Origin: Tubulanus polymorphus
Taxonomy: Eukaryota; Animalia; Nemertea
Direction: 5' to 3'
Length of the DNA: 64,000 nt
Assembly (NCBI RefSeq): GCF_964204645.1
Contig: NC_134029.1
Coordinates: forward strand, 4,526,001 to 4,590,000
A program made the position numbers and the translations under genes. Under the pieces are notes generated by a model. It made no database searches and was not told the origin of the DNA. It was given only the letters and a program-made list of their open reading frames with translations. Shown piece after piece: positions 1-11,700 of the stretch (positions are counted from its first letter, which is position 1; the number at the start of each line of letters is the position of its first letter).

Positions 1-35
1 ATAATATATTTTGTATATTCACGTTCGATTTGCAG

Positions 36-2043
36 AATATACGGCTGAGGGCGAAGTACTGGTGATTCACAACGCCACTAGGTACTGTCAGGACATATAC
101 GAATGCGTGGCCGACAATGGCGTCGGACCACAAGCAAGCCATCAAACTAAAGTCATAGTTCATTGTAAGTCGATGTACTATTCAAAATAGAAAATCGCGG
201 TGAAGAAATTTAATCAGAGGCGTAGTGTAGACCGTCTTAGCAGTGGCTGAATAATTGAAAATGCACATCCTTCACTTCGGCTAATTTTGATATCAAACAA
301 TACAAACTGTATCATTTTACCTCTTTACAGATGCACCGCGCGTTCACTTGCCTAATAAATGGATAAGCCAATCTGTTGGTAAAATGACAATACTTGAATG
401 CGAAATATCGGCGAATCCGTTGGCGGGAAGTTACTGGCTGAAAGAAGTCGAGGAAATCGGTTCATCCAAAAAGAAATACGATGTTCAGATGTACGACACC
501 GGCGACAGCGAGAAAGTATTATCGTTAACTATTCACAGCGTGCAGAAAGAAGATTTCGGTGAATACACGTGCGTATCGGAGAACACACTAGGACACGACG
601 CCAAGTCTATGATACTTGAAGGTAAGCAAAACACAGGGTTTATCGTCACCGATAAGAGCGAATTAGTCCCCGGGAGCTAAGCAGGGTTTATACGTCAAGG
701 GCAGTAAGTCTTTAACTGAGCTGTCGTATATGCTTTCGAATCCGCGTGCTCTTTATCCGAAAGAAAAATAATCCGTGTAAGCAACCAATGTCCACAGGTT
801 GTTTTGTTGTTTTAGACATACTGCGCTGTTCTTTGAGACATACTGCGCTGTTTTTATAGCCTATTACAAATGGTGTTTTTAATAGAAATTTCTGATATAT
901 AATAACTCTATTCTGTCGCCCATTAAAATCGTGGATGATGTTCACCATTCTGTACTGGTGCTTACGAGTTTCAGTATGAAGTTATCTTCATCTATATCTG
1001 CCGAAAGAAAGGGCACAAACATTGACGTTAAAATGTCTTATGTCACCCTTGAAATTGTGATAAAGAAAGTATAAGTTTCATATTTCATGAATTGAACTTG
1101 TAGTGTTTTAGTAAGGGACAATGCATCGTAAGGAGGTTTGAACGTTTGTCGAATTTTGAAATTTGAGTCAGATATCGACAAACATTAACGTTTTCAAAAT
1201 CGGAAATGCAGATTTCTCTTTTTATTTGTGTAGAATACGTTGACCCGGCTTTACTGAAGACGACAACTACAACGACGACTACGACAACAGAAGCTATCGA
1301 GGCGAATATGATTCCTGATGGCCACAGTAGAAAACTGATCACATCGAAACCGCAGGCGGATAGCCCACCCGGTAAATCACCGCAGGACCCTGATTATAAT
1401 AGAAGTAAGTACGAAACGGTATCGAAGGAGATCAATTAATCGACTTGATAGCGTCCTCGGGATTAAGTCAAAAGGTTACAGTTAGGGCTAACGGCAAATA
1501 TAGTATAACCTCTTCAACTGAAATATTAGTCAATCTAACCCTAGGGGTTGGTATTTGATAAAACAATTCATAAAAAACTGGTTCCACCCATAGTTTCAGT
1601 TAAAATTTTGACTTAAGGGTTAATACGCTTTTAACCTTTGATTCTAACTAAAACAAGAACTTGTTAACCGGGTCCTGCGGGTCAATCAATGAGTTCACCT
1701 GTTGTAACGTTTGAACTAGATAATAACGATTTTCAAATTCAACCGTGAGATAGAATACGATTTTCTATCACAATAAAAATCTTTGTATTTTAAATGTCGA
1801 TCACTGTCGCTTACAGCAGAACTAAATAACTCAAAACTTGAGATGTTATTTATATCATGTACGTGTATGAGAAAATAGAAAAAAATCTATATTTGTCTCG
1901 TCTCTTTTCTAGTATCTGTCGAATCGAGAGTGGTGAAATCGTCTGCCGCAAGCATTCACATCGGAATCGCTGTAAAGTATTGTCAGATCGGGTTCCAAAT
2001 AGTAACTGTAATATCGTACGTTATGCACGCCGGTTATTCATGA
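36..2043 (+). CDS. Lachesin/IgLON (DIP)-like Ig-domain cell-adhesion protein, 3' part (gene begins upstream of window), probable GPI anchor
   Basis: Exons 36-164, 331-621, 1234-1404 and 1913-2043 have AG/GT boundaries and splice in frame. Exon 36-164 reads EYTAEGEVLVIHNATRYCQDIYECVADNGVG (Ig F-strand YxC). Exon 331-621 is a full I-set Ig domain (LECEISANP...W...LTIHSVQKEDFGEYTC). A poly-Thr stalk follows, then a short hydrophobic C-terminus (SSAASIHIGIAVKYCQIGFQIVTVISYVMHAGYS*) ending at TGA 2041-2043. Confidence 0.85.
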
Positions 2044-2219
2044 GTGTGGCCTAACCGCAATATATATTATATCCATCATCATATATAATATTATATTTAA
2101 TACGATGGTATTAGCGTATCTAATCATAGTAAAACTAGTACACGCGCGCGCCGCCAGGTGGTGTCAGGCTTTGGCATCGAAACGACTAGTAGACCGATTC
2201 AACAGAGCTTCAACATCTG

Positions 2220-2357
2220 GGTCCAGTTGTACAGTCGTGATATCGAGTCTAAACGTGATTTTCGATCCTAAGACTTGTCTTAAGTTGTTAGATCGATTAC
2301 GGAGGAATTTCTTCTTAGACTGGTCTTAGATTTAAACCATGATTGTGCAACAAACCC
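2220..2357 (+). mobile_element. MITE family A copy (~138 bp, PIF/Harbinger-like) in the Ig gene 3' UTR
   Basis: Colinear with the 46264-46401 element (cagttg.acagtcgtga...taagact.gtctta.gttgttagatcg...tcttagac..gtctta.atttaa.cc.tga.t.tgcaac). Preceded by CTG. Confidence 0.7.
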
Positions 2358-4138
2358 CGCGGAAACGAAATCCCCGTTAAAAACGACTGTAACAGAAATC
2401 ACAAGCGGCTCCTACTGACGATCATCACTCTGTATAAGATATTTCCAACGTTGATATCTGGTGTCTGTGTACTCCTATTGAAAACGATCGCCCGATCGCC
2501 CGGCTTTTAAAGTTGATGTGTACTACGTAGATATATACATATATAGGGCATCGTAGCGATATTCTTAGTTTCTTGGTCTTGGGAAGCGGCTAGTCGTCGG
2601 CCGGCCTATTTAAAACATCGAGTCTCAACAGCCCAGGCCAATACGCGTGTCGTTATAGTTCCGAATCGTGTCCTTATTGTTTTAAAATTCGGCGGTGATA
2701 AAAAGCACGTTTCAATGTGACATTCGAATAAACTCGTATCTAATTAGATATAGAATCGATTACAACTAAACCGTGATATTTTTGTGAATAAATCATAAGC
2801 ATATTCTATAAATGTATAATCATAATATCGCGCGACTATTTTGTAAATAGCTTGAATGTGTTGTAAATGTAAATAGTTTTTTTTTCTCGCTTGAAATTGA
2901 GTTTCTTTTTCTAAATTTCAATATTAGGAATCATTCGTTTAGATCTATTCAAGTTTACGTGGCAGCAAAACTAAGTATATACATAATGTCGTTCGTCAAA
3001 GTTGAATGAAAGGACCGGGGTTACGAAGATAATCGTCGACGAACTTTGATCGTTTAAGTCAGACGGATGATAGCACTTGAATAGTCGTCGTAAACTAATG
3101 ACTGGCTCTGAGAAAAAATGATTTCATTCTCGTCAAAATTGAGGATTCGAACCCCGGAAGAGTCGTCAGACTTAAATATTGATAAATTCAATTCATCGCT
3201 TATGGTATTATTGATATCGCAGATTAAAAGCTTTTGTTATAGATCACAGAATATGGTGTTATTACGAAAGCCAGTAAGTAATGTTGTATATAAATTGTGT
3301 ACTACTCAATCATGTAAATGATATATATATTTTGTATATTAACTGTATCTATCCAATATGTAAATTATACTCTTTTCTAAATTAACCATTTACGAGTCCT
3401 TTATCGAGACCACCCGTGGGAGTTGTTTGTTTTGACACGTCGATTTATTTGTAGGACGAGCCGTCAATGGCTGGGGCCACTTTAGCGGGGGAATTTCTCT
3501 CTTGTTACAATATACCATTAATACCAATATTGTGGATTTCAGCAATTTTTCGAACCGAACTCTGATGAATGAAGTCATATGGCACAGAAGATATCCATAT
3601 ATCGGATGACTTAGGTTGGGCTGGATTCCTGCCATCAGGCATGTGATATTAATCAGTTGGCGTTAAAATACCGAGGAAATTACAGAATATTCCATTACAA
3701 AGTATCTTCGCGTTCATTTTTCTTCACGCGACGTTGATTCCATTGCGTGGATGTTGGCAAAAAACCCAAAATTAGAACGTCAGATTCAATTTAACTACGC
3801 GCGTGCGTATTTATAGGAAAGCTACCGGTCTTTTAGCATTAATTTCAGCACGTTTCCTTCACGATTCTGCGTCGAAATGATAAAGTAGCGTTATTTCGAC
3901 GAGTTTACCGCGGTACGGGCGGTGAATCAAGAAAGTTGAAGTAATTGAAAATGATGGCTTAAACTTAAAAAAATGAACATTTGGCAACGAAATAGAGAAA
4001 ATGTAGTGACAACGTAGAGACAATATAGACACTTTAGTAGAATGATTGTTTATTGGCTTGCAATAGTTTTTCTGAGTTTTAGGCAAAATAGCACGCAATA
4101 TAATATACAATATGTAATAACGATAATAGTATAAGGTA

Positions 4139-4450
4139 TTTTTGATTACTTGGAGTACGGATCTGCAGCCCACAGTTCAAAAACATCATACGAAAAATGG
4201 TTCGTTTTTCAGTTGTCGTGTTTTCACCGTATTCTCGATTTTCGATTTAACGATTTGCACCATTTTGTTAACAGTTCGATAAATCAATGTTCACTCCTCT
4301 TTTCATTCTGCAGTTCTTCCGAGATTTTATATGGAAAAAGTCGAATATCAAAAAATTGCTTTCATTTCACCCCATGTCAAAGAAAAAACTGTTTTCATTC
4401 CTTTATTTTCCCTTCGCCCGTCCATTCTCTGTACTTCAAGTAATCAAAAA
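4139..4450. repeat. 20-bp inverted repeat pair enclosing ~270 bp, just downstream of the GPCR1 stop
   Basis: TTTTTGATTACTTGGAGTAC (4139-4158) matches the reverse complement of 4431-4450 (TTTTTGATTACTTGAAGTAC) at 19/20. Confidence 0.7.
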
Positions 4451-4542
4451 AGGTTTATTCAAACACAACAATTTAATCATTAATTGAATAAGAAGAAAGA
4501 TAATTAATATCTTTCTCGACATTCGGTCGATAACAGCGACAC

Positions 4543-5736
4543 CTATACGCACGTTCCGTTCTGTTTGCGGGAATCGGACAATTCGTAGGTGTAAGTACCG
4601 CGCGACCGCATCACATACGCCAGGTACGCTTTCTTGCAGCATACGCGCTGAAATAGTAACCGCAGCTCTTTGCGGAATACTTTCCCGGTCAGGCAGTAAA
4701 TATAAAATTTGCACGCGTAATGCGACATGCCGAATACTTCGAACGTAGTACGAACTGTACCGTAAACGAAATGTCTGTGCCATTGCGGATTGGTGGGTAC
4801 CTCGGATAGGGGTATTTTGATATCGCCCAATGGAAAGATCACGTACAAGGCATAGACGATAGTAACCGGCAATACGCCAATAATCAAGTAAAAAGATACG
4901 GCGAGTAACATGACCGTCGTGGCGCTCGTTTTCGGCACATTTTTACTGTTCAAATAAACGGCTTCGCTTTTCGATAGTTTACGCGCTACCTTGATAACTA
5001 AAATGTTAAAAATGAGCACCACCAGTGGAACGAGCACGAATACTAACACCTCCGAAATCCAAGTCCAAATCGACCAGATCGACGCCGTGCCGCCGTGTAA
5101 CGCCTCAGGTCGCGGTTTGCATGTGCCGCTCTGGCGATCGTATATGTAAAAGTATCCTTGAACTAGCGCCAAAACGAACGATATCGTGATCAGCAGTATG
5201 GTGACTTTAGTAGCCCTTCCGATCGTGCAGTATTTATCCCTTTTGAACGGAAAACACACGGATATGTACCTCTCGACCGTGAAGGCTAACACCAGCAACG
5301 GGGATAAGTACTGGAACGTGAGAAAAAACACCGGGAATCCTTCGCAGACGAACGGATGATCCATAGTCCCCACGTCCCAGGTCTCTTGCAATTCGAATAC
5401 GATATTGCTCAACAGAAAACAACAGTCGAATAAAGACAACGCGGCTAGATATATCCCGGATGAATGTCTCATACGTCGCTGTATCCAAACCATGAAACTA
5501 AGTATGTTTCCCGGTATTCCTAAGATCCACCAGATCGGCGTCACCGACCGGTCGATCTTCAACATAATCGTGTAATTATCGTAGAATTCGTTTTGAGTTC
5601 GGAATCCCTGGAAGACGCTGTACGTCGAGTTCGTCGTGTTCAGTAAACCTGTCGTGTCGTTATCTGAAAACGGCGCGCCGGTATCCGCATTTACCGCCGT
5701 GTAGGTCATTTCCGTAACCCCGGTCACCGCGTCCAT
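4543..5736 (-). CDS. Class A GPCR, FMRFamide/sex-peptide-receptor-like (GPCR1), 397 aa, single coding exon
   Basis: Seven hydrophobic segments. TM1 GIPGN, TM2 YLAALSLFD, TM3 C...FTVERYISVCFP, ECL2 Cys, TM5 VLVP, TM7/helix 8 FYIYCLTGKVFRKEL, N-terminal NxS/T sites. A splice acceptor (ttatcatttcag) lies ~12 nt 5' of the ATG, implying an upstream non-coding exon. Confidence 0.93.
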   Translation of the reverse strand: MDAVTGVTEMTYTAVNADTGAPFSDNDTTGLLNTTNSTYSVFQGFRTQNEFYDNYTIMLKIDRSVTPIWWILGIPGNILSFMVWIQRRMRHSSGIYLAALSLFDCCFLLSNIVFELQETWDVGTMDHPFVCEGFPVFFLTFQYLSPLLVLAFTVERYISVCFPFKRDKYCTIGRATKVTILLITISFVLALVQGYFYIYDRQSGTCKPRPEALHGGTASIWSIWTWISEVLVFVLVPLVVLIFNILVIKVARKLSKSEAVYLNSKNVPKTSATTVMLLAVSFYLIIGVLPVTIVYALYVIFPLGDIKIPLSEVPTNPQWHRHFVYGTVRTTFEVFGMSHYACKFYIYCLTGKVFRKELRLLFQRVCCKKAYLAYVMRSRGTYTYELSDSRKQNGTCV

Positions 5737-8700
5737 CCCGGAGATGATCTGAAATGATAAAGAAAAGTGCGTCTATGTAACTCAAAAATAACATCTAATG
5801 ACTTATATACATTATATAGACTTTATATAATAATAACATACATGAATATAATTCACATGAAGAGCGTATAGTCGAGATGCAGATATGATTACAACTCTGG
5901 CAGGTGAGGATGTACACTAATCAAATGAAGAAAAGGTCAGAGAGGGAGCTAGAGAGGGGAAGATGATGTTTGTCTGAGAGAACGGATGCCGTTCATCTTA
6001 CCGTTTGATTACGCGCGCCGGAAATATATGAGTAACTGTCATAACGGATTCGTCGACTCGTTTTATTAGATATTAGTAACAGGCGTCTGTCCATATGGCG
6101 CAATAGCAATAAACCTCATCTGGATGTCAGCTATTTATCAGAAATACAACAAATTGACAGTTGTTTGTGTCATAGGTTACCGATGGTAATGCGCGATATT
6201 TCTCGCCCGCGCGACAAGTTTGTCTGTCGGCGCATGAAATTAACCGGTGTTAGCCTGGATTGACTCATGTCATCTTCAAAATAACGCGTTTGAACTTATT
6301 TTTTCATTCGTTTTTTTATTCAACTTCGAGATCAGTTACGATGCATTATAATGATACCGTGTGAATTAGGCCGATTATCAGCTAAACGTTAAGCTACATC
6401 ATATCATTAAAATCTTACTAATTTTTCCATACATCGTACGATTCCGCCGGGGCTTGAAGCAGAGGCTATACTTCATATGCGATGTTGGAGCTTTTCGTTC
6501 TCGTGACTATATTCGCGTAGTTTATTGTCAGAGTCACAACAAACTTCTTTGACAACTCGAAAACAGAAAGATTAAAAACCCGCGGTACACACATTTAAAA
6601 AGACAAGACGTTTTGATACGTCATGTATTTTCATTTAACATTTGTGGAAAAAAGTAAGTTTTTAATCATTAAAATTTGTGAGTATATAGTGGACCCTTAA
6701 ATCTCATTTTTACCGCCTGAATGTGGCCATTCTGCTGACTTAGACATGAATACGAATGGATCTTATAACGTATAACAAGACCAAATATATTTACCATGTA
6801 TATGATAATGAGTTAATATCAGTGGGTCATATGAAGAACATTCATTTATTTTTTTGTGATGAAACCTGGTACACACGCGTCTAGTCATGCGGCAGCCTGT
6901 GTCAGGCGCAACCGCAATCAGTCGAAACCGTCTGCGAGTGTAAACCGATTAATCGAGCGACGGTAGTTAAATGAAAAATGACACTTGACATTTTTACAAA
7001 AAATACTGATCCGATAGCATAATGTATTTCCACGCGTTAGGAAATGTTGTTTTGATGTAAGAAAAATGAATCCGAGTGAGGCGTGATTATTTCTGACGTT
7101 TTTAGGCAACTCGTTTAGTTAGTCAATGCCTTGAATTGCGAAAGATCTACCTTCCACGAATCTTAACTCACGAATGAAATAAATTCGATCATATCTGACC
7201 GTATAAAATAGTCATCATTCCTCGCAAACAATATGTAAATCGAAATGCCAGATGAAATATGAAAAATCTCTTGTCGTAATGATTCGTGTAAACACTATCA
7301 GTTACGTTCAGTCGAGCTTGTCAAACTTTTCAAGCCGCTGAAATGAATAACAAACGTTTTTTTCTTTTATCATTAACTTCAAATCTTTGTGGAATAAGAT
7401 CTTACAAAAACAAATTAATCGTCTCGAGGCAAACAGGCCTGTCTGCTAGTTTGTCGTTTGCTTGTAAACGTCTAGACTATTTTAACGGTGATCGCACGGA
7501 AAGTAATCTGAAGACGAAATGGATTATTTTTTTGTTCGTTTACTTAAGATTTTCATTTCGGCGAAAAGCGCAGTTTGACAATGACAAACGCTATAAAAAT
7601 AGAACCGAATACGCTTCATATTTCGCTTTCGCCTTGCACTTTCTGCAGCGTTCGTCAACGGAGATTCCGCTGATGCAGTTAATCCAATAGATATGAAAAT
7701 GAATCATCTCGGAAGATGCTTTCGGCTGATATAAACATGTTTCGATAAGCTTATACGACCGGGCAACGATGCATAGATTTCGTATCTAGTTATCCGGTTT
7801 ATCATGTCTTGAAGCTGTCGCTGCGGTATGTAATCATACCCGCAATAAAGCCGTGCGACGCAATCGTTACCGATTTTGGACATCGCCGACAATTGGCAGT
7901 TTATACTTCAAACTCATCTACGACATTTTCCATCTTCACGTGAACAATGACATCAATCGGGCAGCTCTTCGTCGTTTCGACTACTATACAGAACGTCACG
8001 GTAGTTATCGGTAAACCAATCCGAACGTCTCTCTCCGATGTTTCAGTATTGTCAGAGAGGATTCAATAGATCAAAAAGACTGAAAGACTCGTGTCATATC
8101 ATGATCCGACGCCAAACAATATTAATCAAATGCGCCGGAAAAATGATGGCTTCCGATCCGATTTGTATCCGGAAACCTAACGTATTACTTACGACCAGGA
8201 AAAAACGAGTATAGTACTCCAGCTGATGGGCACTGGCATAATAGTGCTTTAAACATAAAGCAAACATAAGATGATAAGAACAAAACGTAGGCCCCTAGTA
8301 TAGAATAGACTTAGAATATCTAACTGATATTGAATGGAATATTGAAGATACGGCACTTGAATGATAACAGTCGGTGACGGCTGGTGTGGAGCCAGTCAGT
8401 CGCCGTCATGGGGTGAAGATTTGAATTTGAATTTGAATTATCACGACGTATAAGCGGCGCTAAACCAGACGCGCGTTCAAATTAGATGAATCATTACGAA
8501 ACTGTCAATTCCAGGTATCAGAATTCGATGCGCTGCATGAACGCGTCTCCAGTGTTTTGAAGAAGTCCCGTATCATAAAGAGCAGCGAGCGAGGATTCGT
8601 CGTCGAACTCGATCGAGATCTCAACCAAAAAGTTCGCAGAATCTAAATCCCAAATCGATGAGATACGATTGTATGATCCTTTTAAACGGGAAACTTTCAC

Positions 8701-11700
8701 GAATGGTTTTTACCGATAATTCTACAGAAAATTAAAAATATCAACATATTTGATCTTTATCAGGGGCCAGTCGCCCGCTAGAATTCACCGATATCAACCG
8801 TTCTGTGTTTCCCTGTTTCTTTGCATCGTGTGCGTTGGACTGAGAAATCTAAAACCAAGTAAGTGTTTTGATGTGGCAAAATGGAAAACATATCAAATGT
8901 CAAAAGTAAGTTTACGATATACGGCTTCATCGGTGAATTTTTATATCGGTTTTATGACGAATTGGTATCAGTGTCAGTGCGACAACTAAGTGAGTTATGG
9001 AAACCGCGAGAGGATAGAGCGAGCTTTGGGTGAATGCGATATTGACGACTTAACATGCCACGAACAATCGAACGAAAGTGTGTTTTTTATGTATCCTTTG
9101 AGAATGAAGCAGTAATCGAATGACTTCTGAGAGTTAGTGGTGATCTACATACGCATTGACTGCAGCACGCCCGCGCCGTACACTCGAGGAAACGAGGCGC
9201 TCAATCAGTGCAGCAAACCACCGAGAGCCGTTTCTAGAATAATGAACGGATTCCGGATTTCCCGGTGACAACCAAAACAATAGGCTGAATGTGAAAAATA
9301 TCTTATGATTGGCGGTTTTTTTCTTAACGTTTATTGATCGTTGAGCGAGACGAAAATCTGAGCCGAAGCGTTCGAAATCGTGATCAAAATTCGATTACGT
9401 CGAGCGCAATTCAAATTACCTTCATTTTTTCACGATAAACTATGTACAGAGAAATCAGTCAATTTTGTTATCTTTTTGTTTAATGAAAGCATTACTTTGG
9501 TGTGCGTTATCATGACCTCAGATTATTTGAGACAACCAGAATATTTGCGACTTACTAAAACACAATTTCTGACATATTACAAAGTTTTGTAGATGGGTTT
9601 TTGCTCGTTTCGATCTTTTCGATATTTTCCTTATCAAACAACGGTAGAATACGGTAGACTTGCGGAGTTGTTTTCTTAAGTCTTTTGCCTGATCGAATAG
9701 CACCGGAATTAATCCTTATATTTCTGTTATAACAATAAGGATAGTCTCTCAGTTGGTTACACCAGTAGGGCCTACGTCTGGGATTAATTGATACGCAGGT
9801 CAGATAAACTAATCAGGCCGTAACTTAATGCGAAATGCAATTTGCTTTGTGGGGAGAGAATGGGTAATCATAATTAGTTAGCCGCAAATTTCTCTAATTT
9901 GAAACAGTCTGATCAATCAATCTCTAGAAATTATACATTATCATTACCGATAGAAATTTCTTATTTGAAGGAATTAAATCAGAGAAGCAATTATAAGAAA
10001 TTGATATCGCGTCAAGAAGATCGAAATATCAAATTCATGGATGTTACATGTGGCTTTAAGCAGTTGGTCATAGATTTGAGACATTCTCTAGGATAAAACG
10101 TTTTCTTGCTTTTTTCAAAGATCTTAAATCGCTTTTAAATCGATATAGAAATGGTGTGTATATCATCATTATTATTCGGTTGTTTATCTATCTTTTTTTC
10201 AAACAGATTAATTCATTTCCATCAAACATTTGAATATATTATCTTAATTTCGACACATGAAGGAGCTATAAGGATAAAGCTTCTTCATTTCAAGGCAGCG
10301 CTTTAACGTCTGTATACGATATAAACCCTGCTAACTGGGCGTTTAGTTTGTGGCGCTGCTATGCGTGACGGAAATCTGTCGATTTAATAGATCTTATGGT
10401 CAACAACCTTGGAGATGTTGAGTCACTCGCGTAAAAGTGACGACAAATCATTATTCGCACGTTGATGAGAATCGGATTAATATAAACGATCTCTCGATAA
10501 CGATTCGGTGGAATGGGCCACTACCGGCAACGCTACGGGGTAATCAAGCCTCCGCTAGGTGTACCAGCCACAGTTGAATTACAACCGTAGGCTACTCCAA
10601 AAATGGGGGTAATCGAATACGCGTCAACGTAGAAGTAATCTAAAGATTTGGAATCTAAAAATTGAAAAAAAAAGCGAAACATGTCATTTTGTTTGTTTGT
10701 TTGTCTGATGTCGTTAGGATCTTTTTTCCCAAGACTAATCCTGGATGGTTAATCTAACCTCCACGACGAGACCGCCGCCGTTGTGTCGATGCCCATCGTA
10801 AGTTCGCTAACAGAATTTGGAAGTTTATAAGACACCTGGTGAGCGAGCACCATTCATGGCAGAAACGATAAGGAGTTGTTTTGTTACACTCGATAAGACG
10901 GCGAGGCATTTTGAGGACGCTAAGCACGTCCGGTAGTCTAAGACTGTCGTATCTAACAGTCACGGTGGACATTACTTCAGATAAACAGCTAACACCGCTA
11001 ATCGATAACACACATGTAAATATATATATCTTCAATTATTTTGTGACGACACCACCTGATCAGCGCGTACCACAGACGATCCCTTTCACTGTTCGCTCGC
11101 AAAAAAGACACAGAGAACAGATATGAGATATAAGAAACTTTGGCAGAAGCTATCGGAGCCAGTTTTTCTGTAGTTTCATGTCATACTCGATACGGTGATA
11201 GTTGTCGATACAACAACTGGTATCTAGTTCTTAACTCGAAACTCCACTTGAATCTTAAGTTTTTTTCAAACCTCTTTTTTCCAAGTTGTAAAAGACTGAA
11301 TATTTGGATTCGATGAATTATGACATATTTTTCCCCTAACGAGCGTTTCCCAGTGTCGTGCGCGTTGGACTTGAAGGTCGACTGGCATTGCGACATTTCT
11401 CCCTATCATTTGAATGTTTATATCACTAATTGAATTCGATCGGCTGCACTAATTAGTGTCCGATAAGTCAAATCACGTAGATTAATTGGATTGATCTATG
11501 CTGATTTGAACTTTTGATTTTCAACGCTATGATCAAACTTAGATTAATTAGTGGTTTATTTGAAGATAGTGCAATGAATAGGCTTATTCGATTCGATTAA
11601 TCTTGCAGCGAGAAAGATTAAAAGAAATTGCATTTTCTACCGGTGGCCTTGAAATGATCTTTGTTGATTTGCCAACGAAACACTGGATAATAATGATCTT

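Noticed and set aside
1085-1342. Poly-Val ORF on the minus strand
   Set aside because: Antisense shadow of the poly-Thr stalk exon of the Ig-domain gene.
4436-5488. Alternative-frame ORFs overlapping GPCR1
   Set aside because: Out-of-frame by-products of the GPCR coding sequence with no recognisable motifs.
8518-8737. 60-aa minus-strand ORF next to a strong splice acceptor
   Set aside because: There is an in-frame stop between the acceptor and the ORF, no convincing donor and no recognisable domain. At most a UTR exon.
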